Positions 20,116 through 29,447 of a stretch of 64,000 nucleotides of DNA are shown piece by piece; positions within the stretch are counted from its first letter, which is position 1; every line of letters begins with the position of its first letter. The notes beneath the pieces are model-generated. The model was not told where the DNA came from. It did no database searches and was given only the letters and a program-made list of their open reading frames with translations. This stretch comes from Candidatus Marinacidobacterales bacterium (lineage in GTDB: Bacteria; Acidobacteriota; Vicinamibacteria; Marinacidobacterales; DATDRI01). The position numbers and the translations under genes were made by a program. The stretch is taken from contig CBDCNP010000002.1 of NCBI GenBank assembly GCA_965219415.1, positions 1,120,001-1,184,000 of the forward strand, in the 5' to 3' direction.

Positions 20116-22860
20116 CTACTGGTCGTACCACTGATCTGCCAAGATACGGGCGGTGCGTTTCATGACAAGGTCGCCGACAGTTAGCACGATCGTGTATTCA
20201 CCAGGCCGCACCCGGAAGTGCCTGAAATCTCGCTCGGTGGGCCCGGCATCGTGGACCCGGGTTCGCATGGAGTAGCCGTCCATGGTCACTTCCTCGTCGG
20301 CGGCGCCGTAGAAATCGACCGTGTCGTAGTAATCGAAGAACTCCTGATCCGCTTCCCGGTATTGCTGCCCTTCATCCCAGCGAGCCCGTTCCTCTTCGGG
20401 GCGAGGTTCCCGCCGGGTCATGCCCCACTCGACGCGGTTCAACCCCACTGCGCCCGAGCCAGTGAGCTGGTTGATGAGTTTGTCTCCGTCGTAGACCTGG
20501 ACCGAGACGTCTGCTGCGGGCTCACCGACGTAGTAGTTGATGACGACACCATGGGGCTCGTTTTCGCCCACGAAGTTCTGCGCACTCACCGCCGGCTGAC
20601 TCGTCATCACCCATTGGATCTTGGGCTCGACCTCGAAAAGATAGGCTTCGCTTTCGAGCACCTCCGCGGTGAGCTCCTGCAAGGGCGAGATGTCGGTAAT
20701 AAAGAGACTGCGGCCGTGCGTGCCGACCACGAGATCGTTCTCCCGCGGATGGATCACCAGATCGTGCACGCCGTTGGTGGGCATGTTGTTCTGCATACGA
20801 GCCCAATGCGCTCCGCCGTCGATCGACACGTACACCGCTTTTTCGTTGCCGACAAACAGCAGGTTCGCGTTCTTATGATCTTCCACGATCACGTTGATCG
20901 GTTCATCAGGCAGTCCGCCAGCGATCGATTCCCACATCTCTCCAGAATCCGTGGTCTTGTACAAGTATGCTTTGAAGTCATCACGTCGCCGCCCGTTATA
21001 CGCCACGTACGCCGTGTTGGGGTCGTGGTGGGAAGCCGTCACACGGCTTACCCAGGTCTCGGGATTTCCGGGAATATGCTTGTTTAGCAGAGTCCACGTC
21101 TTCCCCCCGTCCCGGGTGACCTGAACGTTGCCGTCGTCGGTCCCCACCCAAAGTATGGTCTTGTCTAGCGGTGATTCGTCCAAAGTGGTGATCGTTCCAT
21201 AGGCGAGCGGTCCCATCGCGCGGGTTGCGGGATCGTTCTTCGTCAGATCCGGACTCACCTCTTCCCAATCTCGACCCTGGAAAGACGAGCGCAACACCAT
21301 GTTGGCCCCGTGATAAATCACGTTGCTGTCGTGCCGTGAAAGCAGAATGGGAGCGTCCGGATTGAAACGCAGCTCCGGATTCCCGTCGTACATGATCCGA
21401 AGACGGGTGCCCATCTTTTGATCGATCTTCATCAGGTCGCCATTCTGTGACTCGGCGTAAAGCCAGCGTCCGTTGGTCGAGTCTACTTGGCAAAAGTACC
21501 CATCCCCACCGAGCATATGTTCCCAGTCTTCGAACCGGATCGGGAACCGACCCTTCTTCGTGCTCGGGCCTTTCCAGGTTCCGAAGTCCTGTGTTCCGCC
21601 GTACACGTTATAGGGGTAATCCATGTCGACGCAGATGCCGTAGAACTGTCCGAAGGGCAGTTCATCGGGGTGGTACCAGTTCTTTCCCCCGTCGTAGGTG
21701 ATCGCCATACCGTAGTCGTACCCCAAGAGCATGTGGTCCGGGTTTCGCTCGTCGATCCACATCGCGTGGTTGTCGCCACCCCACTCGAACCCGAGGCTCC
21801 ATGTGGCTCCACCGTCACGAGATTGAACGTTTCCGTACCCGAGTACATAGACATGGTCGGAGTCGGTGGGATCGATTCGGATCCGACCGAAATACGATCC
21901 TCCGGTGAGCTGCCTGCCCACCGGGCTCACTCGTCGCCAGGTCTCGCCGCCGTTGTCGGTCCGATAGACACGATTGCGATACCGCTCGTCGTCCGTTTCC
22001 TTCACAAGTATCGAGGCGTAGAGTATCGCCGGTCCCTCGGGATAGATCGTGAGGCCGATTCGACCCACCGAGCCGGTCGGCAGACCCGTCTCGAGCTTCC
22101 TCCACGTGTCGCCGCCGTCGGTCGTCTTGTATATGCCGCTTCCCGGACCACCTTCGAAAAACATCCAAGGCTTGCTGGTTCTGTCATAGGCGGCCGCATA
22201 GAGGGTCTTCGGCTCTTGGGGATCGATGGCCAGATCGACGAAGCTGATATGCCGCCCTTCTTCGACAACCTTCAGCACCTGTTCCCAGCTCCCTCCACCG
22301 TCCGTCGTCCGGTAGATTCCTCGTTCCGGGTTATCGGTGTACAAGTGGCCAAGCGCCGCCACATAGACGACATCGGAGTCCCTCGGATGGATCACGATCC
22401 GCCCGATCTGGTGGGATTCGGGGAGCCCCATGTTGGTCCAGGTCCTCCCCGCGTCGGTCGACTTGTACACTCCGTCGCCCCAGTAGGAGGCGTAAGGGTC
22501 GGTGGTGCTGTTGTTGGGCTCCCCCGTTCCGACCCAGACGACATCTGGATTGGAAGGCGCGACGGCAATGTTACCGATCGCAATCACGTTTTGATGGTCG
22601 AAAATCGGCTCGAACGTCGTCCCGTTGTTCACCGTCTTCCACAAGCCACCGTTGGCGGCGGCAACGTAGAAAGTGTACGGCTGCTTCGACGGGTCGGGTA
22701 CGGCAAAGTCCACGATCCGCCCACCCTGGCGAGTGGGGCCGATGGAGCGGTAGTGAAAATGGGACAGAAGCTCCTGGGACAACTCCTGCGCCTCTCCCCC
22801 TGACGGCACGAGCAAGGCAACGCAGGCGACGACAACGAGAACACAACGGAACCTAGTCAT
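20116..22860 (-). CDS. Secreted VPS10/sortilin-like BNR-repeat beta-propeller protein
   Basis: RSIGPTRQGGRI and many Asp-box repeats (STDAGRTW, TTDGGGSW, TTDGGDTW); signal peptide from Met 22860. Confidence 0.88.
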   Translation of the reverse strand: MTRFRCVLVVVACVALLVPSGGEAQELSQELLSHFHYRSIGPTRQGGRIVDFAVPDPSKQPYTFYVAAANGGLWKTVNNGTTFEPIFDHQNVIAIGNIAVAPSNPDVVWVGTGEPNNSTTDPYASYWGDGVYKSTDAGRTWTNMGLPESHQIGRIVIHPRDSDVVYVAALGHLYTDNPERGIYRTTDGGGSWEQVLKVVEEGRHISFVDLAIDPQEPKTLYAAAYDRTSKPWMFFEGGPGSGIYKTTDGGDTWRKLETGLPTGSVGRIGLTIYPEGPAILYASILVKETDDERYRNRVYRTDNGGETWRRVSPVGRQLTGGSYFGRIRIDPTDSDHVYVLGYGNVQSRDGGATWSLGFEWGGDNHAMWIDERNPDHMLLGYDYGMAITYDGGKNWYHPDELPFGQFYGICVDMDYPYNVYGGTQDFGTWKGPSTKKGRFPIRFEDWEHMLGGDGYFCQVDSTNGRWLYAESQNGDLMKIDQKMGTRLRIMYDGNPELRFNPDAPILLSRHDSNVIYHGANMVLRSSFQGRDWEEVSPDLTKNDPATRAMGPLAYGTITTLDESPLDKTILWVGTDDGNVQVTRDGGKTWTLLNKHIPGNPETWVSRVTASHHDPNTAYVAYNGRRRDDFKAYLYKTTDSGEMWESIAGGLPDEPINVIVEDHKNANLLFVGNEKAVYVSIDGGAHWARMQNNMPTNGVHDLVIHPRENDLVVGTHGRSLFITDISPLQELTAEVLESEAYLFEVEPKIQWVMTSQPAVSAQNFVGENEPHGVVINYYVGEPAADVSVQVYDGDKLINQLTGSGAVGLNRVEWGMTRREPRPEEERARWDEGQQYREADQEFFDYYDTVDFYGAADEEVTMDGYSMRTRVHDAGPTERDFRHFRVRPGEYTIVLTVGDLVMKRTARILADQWYDQ

Positions 22861-22978
22861 ACTCCTCGAGTACGGCATGGTGGGCGCCATGATACAAGAA
22901 AAACTTTCAAAGTCGAGCCGGGATTGTACTCGCGAGACCCGCTGCAGTAGGCTCCTAGCCCAACGAAAGGGGGAGGTC

Positions 22979-24394
22979 ATGAGATCTCGGGTAGCGTTCG
23001 TTCTAACTTTGATTCCTATCCTATTCACGGCGGAGGCCGCTCAAGGGCAACCAGGGGTCCATACGGCGAAGACCAGCTCAGAAGTCCTGGCGCTCATACG
23101 AGCGGAAAAACTCGATCTCATTCTGCCGGGTGCTATGCGCGACAACAAAGTCGATATGTGGATTCACGTCACTCGCACCGGCAACCAAGATCCTCTGTAC
23201 CCGCATTTCGGGTACACCGCGGGCTATCTTATTTTTACCGATAGGGGCGACAAGATTGAGCGGGCCGTCTTCGGCCGGGCCGGCGCGGTTCCCGATATCG
23301 ACGTACGCGGTTCCCGCGCCATCGCCCGAGCGATCGAGGGCTACGATTATCGAACCCTGGACTTCTCCGTTTACGACGAGCTCAGGGACTTCGTGGCGGA
23401 GCGCGATCCGCAAACGATCGCGGTCAACTTTTCCGATTGGCTCGCGATAGCAGATGGGATCTCTTACACCCAATACAAAAAACTGGAAGAGATCCTGGGC
23501 CCCAAGTACTCCGAGAGAATCGTGTCCGCGGAAAACCTGATCACCGATTTCAGGGTGAGAAGGACTATCAGAGAAGTGGCTGCATTTATCGAGGCACTCG
23601 AGATTCATCGTCAGATCCTCGAGCGTTCTTTGTCGAATGAGGTGATCACGCCGGGCGTGACAACCCGGGCGGATGTCGGTTGGTGGGTCAAGGAACAGTT
23701 CTTCAAGCGCGGTTTGACCCAGGGATTTAGAACCAGGGTAGGGACGCCAGGTGTCATCTATTCAGCGGTCTCGGACCGAGACACAACACGCTCCCCCGAC
23801 TACGTCTTGCAACGAGGGGATTTTCTCTCCTTCGACAACGGAGTCCGGTATCTGGACTACTACCAGACGGACTACAAGCGCAATGCCTACATCATGAGGG
23901 AAGGCGAAACCAGTGTTCCCGCCCCCATACAGCTGGCCTACGACCGAGCGATCGCGGCACGCGGGATTATCCGGCAGCACGTCAAGGTAGGCAAAACGGC
24001 GGGACAAACGTTGGAAGATCTCATCGCCGCGTTAAAAGATGCAGGCTATATCTACACACCCTTTACCGATCGATCCCCGGAAGATTATGAGAACCTACAA
24101 AAGGCGCTAGCCAACACGGACAAGTCCGGATTTTCCATCGATCTCCACAGCGAGGGAAACAGAAATGGCGGCTTGGAAACGCTCGGGCCATCCATCGCAG
24201 CATTTCGGCGGGACCGCGATGATTTAGTGGTCCAGGAGAATCATCTCTTTTCGCTAGAGTTCTTGGTCAACACCAACCACCCCGATCGGCCAGGTTTTCC
24301 GATGGTCCTCAACATCGAGGGCAATCACATCGTATCGAGCCGGGGAGTGGAGTTTCTTCATCCACCCAATGAACGAATCTTGCTGATCCATTGA
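22979..24394 (+). CDS. Secreted M24-like paralog 5
   Basis: GGGAGG RBS, signal peptide; SFD..QTD, DLH, SLE, NIEGN. Confidence 0.85.
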   Translation: MRSRVAFVLTLIPILFTAEAAQGQPGVHTAKTSSEVLALIRAEKLDLILPGAMRDNKVDMWIHVTRTGNQDPLYPHFGYTAGYLIFTDRGDKIERAVFGRAGAVPDIDVRGSRAIARAIEGYDYRTLDFSVYDELRDFVAERDPQTIAVNFSDWLAIADGISYTQYKKLEEILGPKYSERIVSAENLITDFRVRRTIREVAAFIEALEIHRQILERSLSNEVITPGVTTRADVGWWVKEQFFKRGLTQGFRTRVGTPGVIYSAVSDRDTTRSPDYVLQRGDFLSFDNGVRYLDYYQTDYKRNAYIMREGETSVPAPIQLAYDRAIAARGIIRQHVKVGKTAGQTLEDLIAALKDAGYIYTPFTDRSPEDYENLQKALANTDKSGFSIDLHSEGNRNGGLETLGPSIAAFRRDRDDLVVQENHLFSLEFLVNTNHPDRPGFPMVLNIEGNHIVSSRGVEFLHPPNERILLIH

Positions 24395-24414
24395 GTCTGA
24401 GGCTCTCCCAAGCG

Positions 24415-25880
24415 CTAGTGTATTAGGAACACTTCCTCGTTGGGTGGCTGAATGAACTCAACGCCCTTGCTGGTTATGAGCTGGGGATTCGAAATGTTGA
24501 AACACAGCGGGTAACCGGGTCTTTCGGCAATGTTCATATGGACCATGTACTCGAAAGCGAATAGATGGTTCTCTTGGATCCTCAAATGGTGCGTGTCGGG
24601 CCGAAACCCCGACATGGAGGGTCCGATAACTCCGTTTCCCATGCCGGCGTTTCCAAAACTGTGATTGTCAATGGAAAAGCCGGCTACGTCAGTTCCTTTG
24701 TTAGCAAGCGCTTTCTGCACCAGCAGATAATCTAGCGTGTTCTTGCCGTTGGCAGTCAATCCTCGTGAATTGATGAAAGGCGTATATATGTAGCCCTTTT
24801 CTTCCATGGCTTTGACCATGGCATTCAAAGATTCCCCGGCGGTCATCCCGACCTTCATGTGGTCCCGCATCATCCATTGACCTGCGATCGCCTTGTCATA
24901 GACCCTCTGCAAAAAGTCGGGCACCTTTGTCTCACCCTCCCTCAAAATATAGGCATGAATCTTGGTATCGACCCCGAAGCCCATGTAGTCACCCCCAGGA
25001 TCGCCGCCACCGCCTACAAATAGATCGCCACGCTGAAGAACGTAGTCGGGGTTATGAATAAACCATCTGACGTCGGGGGGCGATATGTCTACCGTTTTTT
25101 CGGGTGGGTTGACCGCCGAATAGTAAACCCGGGCGTTGATGTCGGCGATTGTGGTTACTCCGGGGACGACTTTCGATAGCCTCTCTAGGGCCCGCTGGCG
25201 AGCCAGCGCCAAAACTTCGACCTGTGCCGCCACTTCTCTGCTCGTTCTTCTTATTACGAAGTCTGAGATGACCTTCTCTGCCGATACAATCCTCGAAGAG
25301 TATTTGGCGCCCAAGATTTTCGTCAACCGCAGGTACTCAGAATACGAAATCCCATCTGATTGGACGATCCACACGGACGTGTTGACCGCGATCGTTTTTG
25401 GATCACGTTTAGCAACAAACTCCGTGAATTCGTCGTAGACATCGGGCTCTTCCCTGGGATAGGGAATGTAGACATAGCCCGCCTCTTCGCCATATTCCTC
25501 TGACACGCGAAATCCTTCACCCTGAGGATCAATGGCCCGCGCGAAGTCGGTGGAGCCGCGTACGTCGATTCTTTCAACGGCCCCTTCTTCGCCAAAGACA
25601 GCCCGTTCGATCCGGTCCCCTAGGTCCGTGAAAACCAGATAACCCCAGGTACTGCCAAAAACTGAGCCAGCGGATCCGGGTCTCCGTCACGAGTGACGTG
25701 AATCCACATGTCCACGTCGTTGTCGCGCATAGCACCCGGCAGAATCAGGTCGAGTTTGTCGTTTCTCATCAGGCGAAGCGCTTCCACGTCGGTCTGCGGC
25801 GTACGTGCGGGTAATTGTGCTTGGACCGTAGACACGGTGAACATCGAAGAAACGAGAAATACGATGGTTCGGAAGACCAT
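24415..25880 (-). pseudogene. Secreted M24-like paralog 6 with one frameshift in a T homopolymer (possibly a sequencing error)
   Basis: Adding one T to CAGTTTTTGGC (~25660) joins the 86-aa N-terminal ORF to the 363-aa ORF through GSTWGYLVFTDLGDRIERAVFG. Confidence 0.8.
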
Positions 25881-25898
25881 GAGCTCCTCCCTTCCTAC

Positions 25899-26819
25899 CT
25901 AAACTGATATTCCTGACGAGGATTCCCAACCAGCCGACAAGTCCCGAGCCATTAAGAGCTCTCGGTGTGTCTGAAGGATCTCTTCGGTATAGTCCCTATC
26001 TATCTCGTCGGCCTCGACGGCTCGAATGAAGTTCGCAATCAGGGCGGCGTACTCGACTGGCTCATCTTCAGGTGCCGGCTTCGGCAGATCGGAGTCAGGA
26101 AAGCTTCCTTCGTCGGCATCGATTTCCAAAACCAGATCGGAGTCGGAATCACCGCGTAGATCGGTGCCGGCAACAATCTCGACGCCGCTCGGAAGAGTCC
26201 CGGATAGCGCTACGTTGAGCGGGTAGTCTGCCGAAGCATCGGAGTGAGTCGCACTGGCCTGCAGGTTTTTCAAAGGCCTGCCATCGGCATCAGCCAGCCA
26301 GCGAGCAAGATCGAGTGTGTGCACGCCCAGGGTGAAGAAACTGCCGCCGGTGATGTCGAGTTGTCGGGTCCAATCCTTGTCGTCGGCGAGCTGATCTATA
26401 CCCAGCACGTAAATGCATTTTACGCGTCTCAAGTTCGAGATCCGCGACTTGATCGCCAACAGCTTCGGGTTCCATCTCAAACGATAGCCGAGGTGAACCG
26501 GCACCCTGAGGTCATCAAATGACCGCTCGAGGTTTAGAAGCTCGCTTCTGGAAATGCAAAGCGGCTTTTCGACGAGTACCGGCGTGTCGGCCTCAATCGC
26601 TTGCAGACAAAGCCGGGCGTGCAAGTGGTTGGGAACAGCAACTGTAATCGCGTCCACGTGAGGCAACATATCCTTCAGGTTCTGAAATACGGGCACGTCT
26701 AGATCCAAATGTTGTCGCCGGGAAACAACGCCACCCAGTTCGGCGCCGTTGGGAGCGAAATGAGCCGCATGGTCGCGAGCGATTTCCCCCCATCCCACAA
26801 TCCCGATTTTCATGCCCAT
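25899..26819 (-). CDS. Gfo/Idh/MocA-family NAD(P)-dependent oxidoreductase
   Basis: KIGIVGWGEIA, AVPNHLH, VLVEKP, GGSFFTLGVHTLD. Confidence 0.9.
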   Translation of the reverse strand: MGMKIGIVGWGEIARDHAAHFAPNGAELGGVVSRRQHLDLDVPVFQNLKDMLPHVDAITVAVPNHLHARLCLQAIEADTPVLVEKPLCISRSELLNLERSFDDLRVPVHLGYRLRWNPKLLAIKSRISNLRRVKCIYVLGIDQLADDKDWTRQLDITGGSFFTLGVHTLDLARWLADADGRPLKNLQASATHSDASADYPLNVALSGTLPSGVEIVAGTDLRGDSDSDLVLEIDADEGSFPDSDLPKPAPEDEPVEYAALIANFIRAVEADEIDRDYTEEILQTHRELLMARDLSAGWESSSGISV

Positions 26820-26856
26820 TTCAATGCTCCTCGACTCAACCGTGAGCGCATCCGGG

Positions 26857-27555
26857 TCAACCGGGAAACGCCACGACTTGCGCCGTCGCGCCACAAAAAC
26901 GGTCCACCACTTCCTTGGTGATCGCGAAATCCTTCTCGTGTCGCACCGCATCGTGCACGGTGGTCGATTCGACGATGAGCAGCGCCCGCTTCGTGTCGAC
27001 GGTAACCTTGCTGAAGTCGGCTTGCAACGAGTCGAGCCGGCAGATGACGCGGTTCTCGGCGTCCACGTATCCGAATTCGCGGGCATGGACTGTTTGGTCT
27101 CGTTGGCTCCCTAGCGGTCGAAAACTCTCGTTCCCCCGGAAAAGGCGTAACTCGACAGGAAGCGCAAGGCGGTCGAGGTCATGTGCCCCGAGGCTGTTCC
27201 GAGTGAGCAGAGAGACAAGGTTATAGGCATCGACCAGATTGTTTACCTCCGGAAGCCTGCGGCGCTTCCAGGCAGATTCGAGCAGTTTTTGCGTCGAGGG
27301 TGGATGGCTACGAGGTTTCACGCCAACTCTGCGCAAGATTTCGTGGTGTTTCCTGAGTTCCGCGATAGAGCGAATCTCCGCCGGGCTGGCGAATTGGCCA
27401 CGAATCCGTTGAACCTCGTCGTCGATCTGCGCACGAAGCTCTTGCGAGGCCGCTGTGATTTGTAGGCCTTCGAGCACGAAAGCGCCTGCCCGCAGGCCGA
27501 GATCCATGCATTCTTGTGACACGAGAAACGAGCTCATAGAAGCCGCATCTGGCAT
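26857..27555 (-). CDS. Standalone B3/4 (PheRS-beta editing-like) domain protein
   Basis: GVKPRSHPPS, LPEVNNLVDAYNLVSL, GAHDLD, ESFRPLG, EFGYVD, ICR. Confidence 0.88.
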   Translation of the reverse strand: MPDAASMSSFLVSQECMDLGLRAGAFVLEGLQITAASQELRAQIDDEVQRIRGQFASPAEIRSIAELRKHHEILRRVGVKPRSHPPSTQKLLESAWKRRRLPEVNNLVDAYNLVSLLTRNSLGAHDLDRLALPVELRLFRGNESFRPLGSQRDQTVHAREFGYVDAENRVICRLDSLQADFSKVTVDTKRALLIVESTTVHDAVRHEKDFAITKEVVDRFCGATAQVVAFPG

Positions 27556-27583
27556 CTCTTCTTCCCGATACACTGACCGAAAA

Positions 27584-28783
27584 TCAGGCGGATACCGCGG
27601 CCGCCGCCTTCTCGCCGACCAGTCGATTTTCGCGAAAGCGGTTGTAATGGAAGACTCGGATATTCTTCGGCACCCGACCGCTGGCGATCATCTTGGCGCT
27701 GTTCAACCCACTGGCCGGCGCGGCCTTGAACCCGTATGTTCCCCAGCCGCAATTAATGTAGAGGTTTTGGATCTCGTCTACCGGCGAGATGATGGGGCTG
27801 TAATCGGGCGTCATGTCGCACAGACCTGCCCACTGCCGCTGAACTTTTACGTTGTGCAGAATTGGAAACAGCTCCAGGGTATGCGCGGCGTAACTCTCGA
27901 GGAATCCTAATGTCGCTCGCATTCCGTAATGCGGATAGCCGTCGATGCCGTTGCCACAGACCAACTCACCGCGGTCGGTCTGACTCATATAAATGTGCAG
28001 GTTCGAGCTCACCACCACGTGATGGAGCCAGGGCTTGTAGGATTCGGTAACCAGCGCCTGTAAGGGATGCGTGACCAGCGGGAGCTTCACCCCAATTTGG
28101 TTGCACAGGATCGAGCTCCAGCCCGCCAATGCGGTCAGGAGTTTTTCGCATGCGATGTTGCCGCGATTGGTTTCGACCCCCACTACCCTTCCGCCCTCAA
28201 CCTTCACGTTTCTTACTTCGGTCAAATTGTGGATATCGACTCCCATGCGATCCGCGGCGCGCGCATAGGCCCACACCACCGCATCGTGGCGGATGATTCC
28301 GCCGGGCGGGTGGTACAGCGCGCCGAGAATCGGGTAGCGCGGGTGATCGGAGACATCGATTTCGGGCAGCATCTTTTTTATTTCAGGCGGCGAAAGAATG
28401 TAGCTGTCCACATTCACCGCCTTGTTGATCTCGGCCCGCGTGGTCAAGGTGTTCATCGTCGCCGTCGAGTGGCCCAAGGTAAAGTGGCCCTGTTGGCTGA
28501 ACATCAAATTGAAGTCGAGCTCTTGGGACAAGTTTTCGTATAGTTTCAAGCTCTCGTCGTAAAAACGCACTCCCTCCGGCGTGCGGTAGTTCGAGCGCAA
28601 GATCGCGGTATTGCGGCCCGAACCGCCGTAGCCCACGAATTTGGCTTCCAGGACCGCTATATCCTTGACGCCCATCTTGGCCAGATAATAGGCGGTGGCC
28701 AAGCCATGTGCTCCGCCGCCAACGATGACCACGCTGTAGGATTTCTTGAGCTCGGGCGTGCGCCACATCTTCCCGCTAGCCAT
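27584..28783 (-). CDS. mgdA: N-methylglutamate dehydrogenase / sarcosine oxidase beta (FAD) subunit
   Basis: VVIVGGGAHGLATAYYLA, GSGRNTAILRSNY, RQWAG, CGWGTYGFKA, EKAAAAVS. Confidence 0.88.
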   Translation of the reverse strand: MASGKMWRTPELKKSYSVVIVGGGAHGLATAYYLAKMGVKDIAVLEAKFVGYGGSGRNTAILRSNYRTPEGVRFYDESLKLYENLSQELDFNLMFSQQGHFTLGHSTATMNTLTTRAEINKAVNVDSYILSPPEIKKMLPEIDVSDHPRYPILGALYHPPGGIIRHDAVVWAYARAADRMGVDIHNLTEVRNVKVEGGRVVGVETNRGNIACEKLLTALAGWSSILCNQIGVKLPLVTHPLQALVTESYKPWLHHVVVSSNLHIYMSQTDRGELVCGNGIDGYPHYGMRATLGFLESYAAHTLELFPILHNVKVQRQWAGLCDMTPDYSPIISPVDEIQNLYINCGWGTYGFKAAPASGLNSAKMIASGRVPKNIRVFHYNRFRENRLVGEKAAAAVSA

Positions 28784-29447
28784 GGACGCCTCCCCAATGT
28801 ACCGGCACGCAATCCAGACCGGCCGCCACCAGGCCGACGCCTTTGCCGACATCCATCAAGGCATCGAAGAGACTTTGGGTGTAGTCCCTCCCCTCCAGAA
28901 AAAGGTATCCGTCCACCAACCTGAATACGGTACAGGGGATCAGGTGAACGGTGGTCTGCACGACCGCGCCGGGCGGCAGCACCGCCGGCTGAAGATTCAT
29001 TGCCGAGGAGCGCTCCATCACCTCTTCCTGTTGCGCGCCGCCCAGATACAGCGCACCGAGACCGCCGCTGAGATTGATGGTCGCCGTACCCTGCTCCCCC
29101 ATCTTGGCCATCCAATCCGGGGCGCGTCCCGGTTCACACAGAATTAGATACTCATCCGAGGTGAAGCGAAGGATCGCGCCACCGTCAAAAAGGACGCTCT
29201 TCAGCGGCGGGATCGAAGAGGCGGCGACGTCGATTTTCGAGACCTGTGCGACGGCGCCGGCTCCACGCACCGAAATCTTTCCGATATGAGACCAATCGAT
29301 CAGGACCGATCCTTCCTTTAGCGCCGCGCTTTCGCTTTCGGCCTCACCCAGGCTGAGCGCCACCTCCCATCCGGCCACCTCGGTCATCGGGGCATTGGCG
29401 GCGCGAAAGACCGGCGTCAATGGCGATCTCTTGGCCAGGCGACTCAT
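28776..29447 (-). CDS. mgdD: Sarcosine-oxidase gamma-like subunit (GcvT-like fold)
   Basis: KRSPL N-terminus, DWSHIGKISVRG; start overlaps the alpha-subunit stop. Confidence 0.75.
   Translation of the reverse strand: MSRLAKRSPLTPVFRAANAPMTEVAGWEVALSLGEAESESAALKEGSVLIDWSHIGKISVRGAGAVAQVSKIDVAASSIPPLKSVLFDGGAILRFTSDEYLILCEPGRAPDWMAKMGEQGTATINLSGGLGALYLGGAQQEEVMERSSAMNLQPAVLPPGAVVQTTVHLIPCTVFRLVDGYLFLEGRDYTQSLFDALMDVGKGVGLVAAGLDCVPVHWGGVHG

Noticed and set aside
21487-22803. Long antisense ORFs (also 29465..30400, 35289..36491, 52619..53644, 62217..63122)
   Set aside because: They lie opposite well-supported genes and have no motifs; typical of GC-rich DNA.
27556-27583. Guanidine riboswitch ahead of the B3/4 gene or the ureohydrolase
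   Set aside because: The intergenic gaps (28 nt and an overlap) are too short and no riboswitch motif was recognised.
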